Of a stretch of 64,000 bases of DNA, positions 57,358-64,000 are shown piece by piece (the first letter of the stretch is position 1; each line of letters opens with the position of its first letter). Source of the DNA: a bacterium (GTDB taxonomy: Bacteria > Hinthialibacterota > Hinthialibacteria > Hinthialibacterales > Hinthialibacteraceae); NCBI GenBank assembly GCA_963662285.2, contig CAXXMV010000006.1, positions 1-64,000 on the forward strand, in the 5' to 3' direction. Position numbers and translations under genes: made by a program. The notes under the pieces were generated by a model. The model was not told the DNA's origin, made no database searches, and was given only the letters and a program-made list of their open reading frames with translations.

Positions 57358-59124
57358 ATGGGTTTTGACGCCTGGTTAACGCTTGCCGTTGTCATTTTTA
57401 TTATAGGAATTCTAATTTTTACGCGTATCGCTCCGGATGTGCTGCTGATCGGCGGCGTGGTGATACTGCTTCTGTTTAATGTACTGACTCCCAAGCAAGC
57501 GCTGATCGGAATGTCCAATCAGGGGATGATAACGGTTGGCGTTTTATATGTAGTAGTGGCGGGAATGATCGAAACCGGGGGGATCAGCTGGATCATTGAG
57601 CGGTTGCTTGGCAAGCCGAAATCTGTGCGTAATGCGCAGGTTAAAATGATGCCGCCAGTCATGGTCTTGAGTTCATTCCTGAATAACACGCCGGTGGTGG
57701 CCATGTTGATTCCCGCAGTTAAAGAATGGGCCAAACTGTTCAGGCTGCCGGTTTCACAGTTGATGATACCGTTGAGTTACGCCTCGATATTTGGAGGGGT
57801 TTGCACGCTTATCGGGACCAGCACCAACCTGGTTATTTATGGTTTGCTGATCGATAACGGCATGCGTACGATGGGCATGTTTGACATCACATGGGTTGGT
57901 TTGCCCGCAGGCGTCATTGCCTTTATTTATATTCTTGTTATGGGAAAATATCTGTTGCCCGACCGGCAGCCGGCTATCAGCGCTTATGATGACGCCCGTG
58001 AATATACTGTGGAAATGATTGTAGAAAAGGACAGCCCATTGGAAGGGAAGAGCATCGAAGAGGCTCGACTGCGTAACCTGCCCGGAACTTTTTTAATGGA
58101 AATTGACCGGGATGGAGATATTCTTGCGGTCGTCTCTCCCCAGGAAAAAATTCATGGCGGCGACCGTTTGGTTTTTTGCGGAATTGTTGAATCGGTGGTT
58201 GATCTGCAAAAGATTCGCGGATTGAAGCCAGCCACCGATCAGGTCTTTAAGCTTGATGCGCCGCGTTCGACGCGTTGTTTGATTGAAGCTGTTGTTTCTG
58301 ATTCTTGTAGTTTAATAGGAAAAACCATTCGCGATGGAGGTTTTCGTTCCCGCTACAACGCAGTCGTTATCGCTGTGGCGCGGAACGGCGCCAGGATCAA
58401 AAAAAAGATTGGTGATATTGTCTTGAATCAAGGTGATACTCTGTTGTTGGAAACTAACCCCGCCTTTTTTCAACAGCAGCGTAATTCGAGGGATTTCTAT
58501 CTAATCAGCAAAGTGGATGATTCAACTCCGATGAGACATGACCGTTCTCTTATCGCATCGTTTATACTTATTGCAATGGTGGTCTGCGCGGCGGTTGGAT
58601 TGTTGAGCATGCTCAAAGCTGCGATGTTGGCGGCTGGATTAATGCTCATAACAAGGTGTTGCAGCGTTAACGCCGCGAGGCGCAGCGTGGATTGGAATGT
58701 GCTTTTGGTTATCGCCGCTTCGTTTGGTATTGGCAACGCTTTGCAAGTTACCGGTTTGGCTGAAACTATCGCCGGGAATCTCATATCCCTGGGTGGAGGC
58801 AATCCCTGGATCAGTCTGGCGATTGTGTATTTCGTCACTACTGCCTTCACTGAATTAATCACCAACAACGCCGCCGCCGTTTTGATATTCCCCATTGCTT
58901 TAGAGACCGCTAAGGGTTTGGGGGTTGATATTATGCCTTTCGCTGTAACCATAATGATCGCCGCTTCAGCCAGTTTCGCCACGCCGATAGGTTATCAGAC
59001 CAACCTGATGGTCTATGGTCCGGGTGGATACCGTTTTTCCGATTATCTGAAAATCGGGCTGCCGCTTAATGTAGTTTACGGCATAACCACGGTTATTTTG
59101 ACTCCGCTGGTTTGGCGATTTTAG
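57358..59124 (+). CDS. SLC13/CitMHS-type permease with two TrkA-C domains
   Basis: SSFLNNTPVV, GGVCTLIGTSTNL, two TrkA-C repeats, TELITNNAAA, ATPIGYQTNLMVYGPGGY; RBS GAGGA before ATG 57358. Confidence 0.92.
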   Translation: MGFDAWLTLAVVIFIIGILIFTRIAPDVLLIGGVVILLLFNVLTPKQALIGMSNQGMITVGVLYVVVAGMIETGGISWIIERLLGKPKSVRNAQVKMMPPVMVLSSFLNNTPVVAMLIPAVKEWAKLFRLPVSQLMIPLSYASIFGGVCTLIGTSTNLVIYGLLIDNGMRTMGMFDITWVGLPAGVIAFIYILVMGKYLLPDRQPAISAYDDAREYTVEMIVEKDSPLEGKSIEEARLRNLPGTFLMEIDRDGDILAVVSPQEKIHGGDRLVFCGIVESVVDLQKIRGLKPATDQVFKLDAPRSTRCLIEAVVSDSCSLIGKTIRDGGFRSRYNAVVIAVARNGARIKKKIGDIVLNQGDTLLLETNPAFFQQQRNSRDFYLISKVDDSTPMRHDRSLIASFILIAMVVCAAVGLLSMLKAAMLAAGLMLITRCCSVNAARRSVDWNVLLVIAASFGIGNALQVTGLAETIAGNLISLGGGNPWISLAIVYFVTTAFTELITNNAAAVLIFPIALETAKGLGVDIMPFAVTIMIAASASFATPIGYQTNLMVYGPGGYRFSDYLKIGLPLNVVYGITTVILTPLVWRF

Positions 59125-59141
59125 TGACCATTCATATATGC

Positions 59142-59753
59142 TTATGGCAGCGTGTGGGTTTCCAGATTTTCGCTGCCGCTTCCGGCCAGGATGGATAGGT
59201 CTTTGGTAAGGAATCCCTCTTTTTCTGATGCGATGATGTCGCCGGACGAGGTGGTTCCATTGCTGGGATCGTAGGGCCGCATAGGATACCCCTGCCGCGT
59301 TTTGTCCGGCCCCCAGCCCCATATCCACCAGCTGCCGTGGTATTGATCTTTGCCGGTTCCTTCTTTTTGGGCTACGTAAAGATACCATCCCACTAACAGT
59401 CCGTCGCCCCGGTTGTCGCCCAGGTTCACTCCGGGGATATCGATGAATGGGTCGAAGGGAATCGAACTTATATAGGCAACGGGTGATGTTATGGGCGAGA
59501 TGTTATAAGTCGCGTTCAATTGTTCTTCGGGGCATAAACCACAGGGCCACCCCGGTTGACGAAACGGCGGGCTGTTATGATCTATGCGATACATATCAAC
59601 TGCTTGGGCTAGAGTGCGGACATCGGCCATAGTACGGCTGATCAATGCGCGTAACCGGGCATTGATAAAATTGGGAACGGCGATGGCGGCGAGTATCCCG
59701 ATGATGGCGACGACGATCAACAATTCAATTAGCGTGAAACCTTTGCGTTTCAT
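59142..59753 (-). CDS. Prepilin-type N-terminal cleavage/methylation protein, GspG-like (paralogue 3)
   Basis: True start inferred at ATG 59753: MKRKG|FTLIELLIVVAIIGILAAIAVPNF; ITSPVAYISSIPFDPF; GPD...YDPSNGTTSSGD. Confidence 0.9.
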   Translation of the reverse strand: MKRKGFTLIELLIVVAIIGILAAIAVPNFINARLRALISRTMADVRTLAQAVDMYRIDHNSPPFRQPGWPCGLCPEEQLNATYNISPITSPVAYISSIPFDPFIDIPGVNLGDNRGDGLLVGWYLYVAQKEGTGKDQYHGSWWIWGWGPDKTRQGYPMRPYDPSNGTTSSGDIIASEKEGFLTKDLSILAGSGSENLETHTLP

Positions 59754-59863
59754 GAGAAATATCTCCCATTGGATTAATGCGAATGTGAACTGAATAATGA
59801 GAATCGCTCTACAAAATATCAGATAGGCCTTGGTTTGTATATATAACTTTTCAAGAATGAAGC

Positions 59864-59901
59864 AAAAAGGGAGTATAGAAAACATTAATCCCATACTCCC
59901 T
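59864..59901 (-). terminator. Intrinsic terminator after the DUF1080 gene
   Basis: agggagtat...atactccct hairpin with a T-run on the minus strand. Confidence 0.55.
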
Positions 59902-59925
59902 GGATAAAACTAATTGAAACTACCC

Positions 59926-60690
59926 TTACTTGATATCAATCGGCGTTAACTTGATATTGCGGTATGCGACAGGGCCGTGATCGCCTTGCAGCATCAATGG
60001 CGCTTTGGGCGCTGGTTTTTGCTGGCTGTTAAAAGCGCGGGTTGGTCCGGGTAATTCGAAATTCTGGTGCACTATCACGCCGTTATGAACCACCAGGACG
60101 AAACGGGGTTTCTCTACCATCTTGCCGTCCTTAAATCTTGGAGCGCGGAAAGTGATATCAAAACTCTGCCACTCGCCCGGCGCTTTGCTGGCGTTCACAA
60201 AAGGCGCTTCGCCCTGATCGACGGCTTTATCATTTTTCTCATCCCAGCGCTGGTAGATGCCGCCGCAGTCGGAATGTTTCACTTTATCGATTCCATAACT
60301 ATCAAAAACCTGAATCTCATATAGCGATTGCAGATACACGCCGGAATTGGAGCCTTGAGGGACGACGAATTCAATATGCAACTGGCAGTCGCCGTGTTCA
60401 AATTTACTGAGGATATTGGTGGTTTTTCCATCATCGCCGTTCACCATAATGCCTTTGCCTTTGGTGACGTCAAAAAACTTGGGATCCCTGGCGCTTTTAG
60501 CCACGTCTTTAGCGATGAACCATTTATTACCTTCACGCAATCCTACCCAGTCAGACATATCTTCACCATTAAACAGTTCAACCGGACCATTGGCCGCGCA
60601 ACAATCTGAAGTGAACATGGGAGACGCCGCAATCAACAGTGCGATTCCTAAAACTATTCCAATACTATAATTGCTATTAATCCTACGCAT
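59926..60690 (-). CDS. DUF1080 / 3-keto-disaccharide hydrolase family secreted protein
   Basis: LFNGEDMSDW, LHIEF, GSNSGVY, YEIQVFDS, GEWQSFDI, LQGDHGPVAYRNI. Confidence 0.9.
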   Translation of the reverse strand: MRRINSNYSIGIVLGIALLIAASPMFTSDCCAANGPVELFNGEDMSDWVGLREGNKWFIAKDVAKSARDPKFFDVTKGKGIMVNGDDGKTTNILSKFEHGDCQLHIEFVVPQGSNSGVYLQSLYEIQVFDSYGIDKVKHSDCGGIYQRWDEKNDKAVDQGEAPFVNASKAPGEWQSFDITFRAPRFKDGKMVEKPRFVLVVHNGVIVHQNFELPGPTRAFNSQQKPAPKAPLMLQGDHGPVAYRNIKLTPIDIK

Positions 60691-60823
60691 AATTTTACCT
60701 TTCGTATTTCAAAGATTATCCAAATTAAGTATTTATCCTAACAGAATCGGGCGGGGCTGTCATTCTGTGTGATGGGTTTTTATGAGTATATCAAAAATTC
60801 TCTTATAATTGGGTTATCTGCTA

Positions 60824-60859
60824 CAAATATATATACTTATTAATTAGTATATATATTTG
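60824..60859. promoter_or_regulatory. 36-bp near-perfect palindrome upstream of the GNAT-PIN operon
   Basis: caaatatatatact-tattaatt-agtatatatatttg: perfect 14-bp arms around an 8-bp spacer. Confidence 0.55.
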
Positions 60860-60966
60860 CGACTTTTTAACTTTTGTAATTATTTTTTATAACTATTTGT
60901 TGCCTTGTGATTAATGTTATGGTATAAATATGATTAACTAAAAAAAATGATTATTACTATAAAACA

Positions 60967-63048
60967 ATGAATATTATAACAAAAACGATTAATCATGATT
61001 CTCCATTCTTTTCTGAGGTACTTGAACTTTCAAAAAAGCATAGTACGACTCTTGGTTTTCTTCCAAGAGGAGCATTTGAAAATTTTGCGTTAAATGATCA
61101 ACTTATATGTGCTTTTGATGATAAAAAACACTTGATGGGTTATCTTCTTTTTAACAAAAATAAAAAGGAACAACTTATTTCAATAGTTCATTTATGTGTT
61201 GCCGAAGAAAGAAAAGGAATTGCAAAATGTTTATTTAATGAACTTAAATTAATGACAAAAGATAATTACAGAGGAATTAGAGTTCATTGTAGACGTGATT
61301 TTGAGGCGAATGATTTATGGCCTAAATTGGGTTTTGAAGCGTTGGGCGAAAAATCCGGTCGCAGCAAAAGAGGAACAACATTAATCGTTTGGTGGTATGA
61401 CTATGGACATCCTGATCTTTTTTCTGAAATAGAAGAAGAGAAGATTCAAATTGCAATTGATGCAAATATCGTTTTCGAATTACAAGATAATAATTCTGAG
61501 CGATATGAAGAAACAATGTCTCTAAATAGTGATTGGTTGACGCAAAGATTTGAGTTTTGTATTACAAAAGAAACATCAAATGAAATTTTGAGAAATAAGG
61601 ATGAGGAAAGTAAAAAGAAAACAAGGGAATTTACATCAACATTTCAAAAACTAGTATGTTCACCTGAAATATTTGAAAATGTTCTAGATGAATTATACAA
61701 ACTTTTTTCAAAACCCACAAAAATAAATGATCAATCAGACTATCGACAAATTGCTTGGGCAATTGCAGCAGAAGTCTCCTTTTTCATTACACTTGATCAA
61801 AAACTATTAGACAAAGGTGAAAAAATTTATGATACATTTGGATTAAGTGTTATTAGGCCTGCTCAATTTATAAGAGATCAAGATTCAATAATACGAGAAA
61901 CAGAATATCAACCTAGTCGACTCCATGGATCATCAATTGATCATCAACTTGTCAATTCAAAACAAATAGACGAACTTGATAAATTTAGAGATCAGGAAAA
62001 AGAAAAAAAAACGGTATTTGACAAAAATATATTTCTATACTGCAGTCAAACATTAAAATATGAGCCTAGGATTGTATTAAATAATAATAATTCCATTTCT
62101 ATAATAGTATATAATCGAGAAAATCCAGAAATATTAAGTATTCCATTATTCAGAGTTTTTAAGGATAAACTCTCAAATACAATCATTCGCTTTATTATTC
62201 AGGATACAATAGAAATTTCTTCTAAAGAAGATAGGACTTTTACACAATTTGAAGATTATTATTTAACAAATAACATCAAAAATGCTCTTGTTGAATTTGG
62301 TTTTTTCCTTTTTGACAATAAGTGGATCAAAATCACCCTGAAGTCCTTCTACAATATCAAACAATTATCTATAAAAATGAATCTTATTAATAATCAATAT
62401 TCAGGTAAAACTAATATAATTTTAAAAGTCTTGGAGGATATAAAAACAAAAAGTACGAAACAAAAAGAACTTCTTGATATTGAAAGAATGTTATGGCCCG
62501 CAAAAATTAAAGATTTGGATATTCCATCATTTATAATTCCTATCAAACCTCATTGGGCTTCAGAATTATTTGATTATACTATATCTAACCAGAATCTATA
62601 TGGAAGTAATCCTTATCTAATTCTAAAACATGAAAATGCATATTACCGATCATGCAAAACTAAAGTTTTATCTTCTCCTGCACGAATATTATGGTATGTG
62701 AGTAGTAGTAAGGGTAAATATATCGGTCAGAGTTCTATCCGAGCGTGTTCTTTTTTAGATGAAATAATCATTGATAAACCGAAAAGTGTTTATAATAGAT
62801 TTAGAAGGTTAGGTGTTTATCAATGGAAAAATGTAATAGAAATCACCGAAGGAAATTTAGAGAGTTATTTAATGGCTTTTACATTCAGTAGAACTGAGTT
62901 ATTTGAAAATTCTATAAATCTAAATCAATTAAGAAATATTTGGAAAGAAGATGGGAAAAATTTCCATCTTCAATGTCCATTGAGAATTGAGAGTGATCGT
63001 TTTTTTAAATTATACAACATAGGGACTAGGGCAAAAAAAATCAAATGA
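60967..63048 (+). CDS. GNAT acetyltransferase - PIN nuclease - degenerate GNAT - PUA/EVE-like multidomain protein
   Basis: GNAT: IVHLCV..ERKGIAK, ANDLWPKLGF. PIN: IAIDANIV, ETSNEI, DQSDYRQIA, FFITLD. C-terminal IIPIKPHWASELF...NAYYRS...RILWYVS resembles PUA/EVE/ASCH. Markedly AT-rich relative to its flanks. Confidence 0.78.
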   Translation: MNIITKTINHDSPFFSEVLELSKKHSTTLGFLPRGAFENFALNDQLICAFDDKKHLMGYLLFNKNKKEQLISIVHLCVAEERKGIAKCLFNELKLMTKDNYRGIRVHCRRDFEANDLWPKLGFEALGEKSGRSKRGTTLIVWWYDYGHPDLFSEIEEEKIQIAIDANIVFELQDNNSERYEETMSLNSDWLTQRFEFCITKETSNEILRNKDEESKKKTREFTSTFQKLVCSPEIFENVLDELYKLFSKPTKINDQSDYRQIAWAIAAEVSFFITLDQKLLDKGEKIYDTFGLSVIRPAQFIRDQDSIIRETEYQPSRLHGSSIDHQLVNSKQIDELDKFRDQEKEKKTVFDKNIFLYCSQTLKYEPRIVLNNNNSISIIVYNRENPEILSIPLFRVFKDKLSNTIIRFIIQDTIEISSKEDRTFTQFEDYYLTNNIKNALVEFGFFLFDNKWIKITLKSFYNIKQLSIKMNLINNQYSGKTNIILKVLEDIKTKSTKQKELLDIERMLWPAKIKDLDIPSFIIPIKPHWASELFDYTISNQNLYGSNPYLILKHENAYYRSCKTKVLSSPARILWYVSSSKGKYIGQSSIRACSFLDEIIIDKPKSVYNRFRRLGVYQWKNVIEITEGNLESYLMAFTFSRTELFENSINLNQLRNIWKEDGKNFHLQCPLRIESDRFFKLYNIGTRAKKIK

Positions 63049-63485
63049 ATAATGCTATCATTTTATCTATAAAACCGAAATACGCTGATAAAATATTCAG
63101 TGGTCAAAAGACAGTTGAACTTAGACGAATTAAACCTAAATTTATTAAAGAAGGTTCGGTTGCGATTATCTATATATCATCACCGCGTAAAGAACTACAT
63201 GGAGTAATTAAAATATCAAGAATTGTTGAAGAACCGTTGAATGATCTTTGGAGCAAAGTAGAGGGAAAAGCGCAAGTATCCAAAATTGAATTTGATAAAT
63301 ATTATGAAAACGCATCTAATGGAGTGGCTTTTTATATAAGTAAAGTTTGGAGTTTAAATAAACCATTGAAATTACATGAAATAGTATTAAGCAATAGCAT
63401 ATTCCAACCACCTCAAAGTTTTCAATACATTAATATAGATGATATTCAAATTCCGTCTCTAAAAAAAATGTTAAATTCAATTTGA
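63045..63485 (+). CDS. ASCH domain protein
   Basis: IILSIKPKYADKIFSGQKTVELRR (GxKxxExR), IYISSP, PPQSFQY; ATGA overlap with the upstream gene. Confidence 0.9.
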   Translation: MNNAIILSIKPKYADKIFSGQKTVELRRIKPKFIKEGSVAIIYISSPRKELHGVIKISRIVEEPLNDLWSKVEGKAQVSKIEFDKYYENASNGVAFYISKVWSLNKPLKLHEIVLSNSIFQPPQSFQYINIDDIQIPSLKKMLNSI

Positions 63486-63649
63486 CTCTATGTTTTGTCA
63501 ACTATTTTAAGTAATTTATAAAGACCAATAGTCTAAAAATACATTAGGTCTGACATTAGGTTTTCTTATGCATAACTAATGTTTAAAAGCCGCCTAGAAT
63601 TTTATATTCCACGCAGCCTTTTTATTAATTTATATTTTGAAGAAAGAAT

Positions 63650-64000
63650 CTATGCCGGATCAGGTCTGGCTTTTTTGGCTAGTGAGTCGAGGATGCCGTT
63701 GATGAATTTTACTGAATTGTCGTCGCCATAGCATTTAGCCAGTTCGATAGATTCGTTGAGGATGACGCTGACGGGAGTTTCGGGAGTTTTGAGGATTTCC
63801 CATATACTGATGCGCAGCAAGTTTTTATCGACGATAGCCATTCGTTCGATGCGCCAGTTGCGGGCGTGTTTGGTGATCAACTGGTCGATCTCTTCCAGGT
63901 GCTTAGATACTCCGTCAATCATTTTACGGGCGAACTCGTTGGCTTCGCGGTTAACGGATAGATTGTCGTCAACTTCCCACCAGTTCAATACAGGGGGCAG
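63650..64000 (-). CDS. nusB: Transcription antitermination factor NusB (partial; 5' end beyond the window)
   Basis: NWRIERMAIVDKNLLR, PVSVILNESIELAKCYG, FINGILD; the frame stays open to position 64000. Confidence 0.93.
   Translation of the reverse strand: MPPVLNWWEVDDNLSVNREANEFARKMIDGVSKHLEEIDQLITKHARNWRIERMAIVDKNLLRISIWEILKTPETPVSVILNESIELAKCYGDDNSVKFINGILDSLAKKARPDPA

Noticed and set aside
28083-59753. Diversity-generating retroelement or pilin cassette switching as the source of pilin variability
   Set aside because: No reverse transcriptase, template/variable repeat pair or silent cassettes seen; the paralogues diverge like ordinary old duplicates.
59754-59894. 47-aa N-terminal extension of pilin paralogue 3 in the ORF track
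   Set aside because: Prepilin leaders are short; ATG 59753 has an RBS (GGGAG), and the extension overlaps a terminator.

Overview
A 64-kb stretch of bacterial chromosome with AT-rich intergenic regions; no rRNA, tRNA, CRISPR array, integrase or transposase was recognised. The multiple GspG-like 'FTLIELLIVVAIIGILAAIAVPNF' paralogues and secreted proteins ending in V-x-x-W-x-[LI]-[YH] suggest a Sumerlaeota/Ca. Hinthialibacterota-like lineage (inference only). In order, the window holds: a large pentapeptide-repeat/TM/TPR gene running off the left edge; purD; an NfeD-like plus flotillin pair; a GT-C-like membrane protein; yebC-ruvC-ruvA; a degenerate histidine kinase; a chemosensory cluster (cheY-cheX-cheR-cheA-cheB, an opposed NtrC-type sigma-54 activator, an atypical receiver and cheW, with sigma-54 promoter motifs); an ECF sigma/anti-sigma/DUF4097 unit; an 11-subunit complex I operon (nuoABCDHIJKLMN, no nuoEFG) containing an unannotated 47-aa membrane ORF; a GT2; a twice-frameshifted MFS gene; a Pro/Thr-repeat dockerin protein; a frameshifted PurH-family gene; several secreted carbohydrate-active-like proteins; a TrmJ-like methyltransferase; an SLC13 permease; DUF1080; a very AT-rich GNAT-PIN-PUA/EVE plus ASCH module preceded by a 36-bp palindrome; and partial nusB. 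At least four families of palindromic REP/MITE-like repeats populate the intergenic DNA. The best candidates for poorly described biology are (i) a C-terminal Trp sorting motif possibly coupled to variable pseudopilins, (ii) the GNAT-PIN/ASCH island, (iii) the sigma-54-coupled chemosensory circuit and (iv) the NuoA-like micro-protein. All family assignments come from motif recognition, not database searches.
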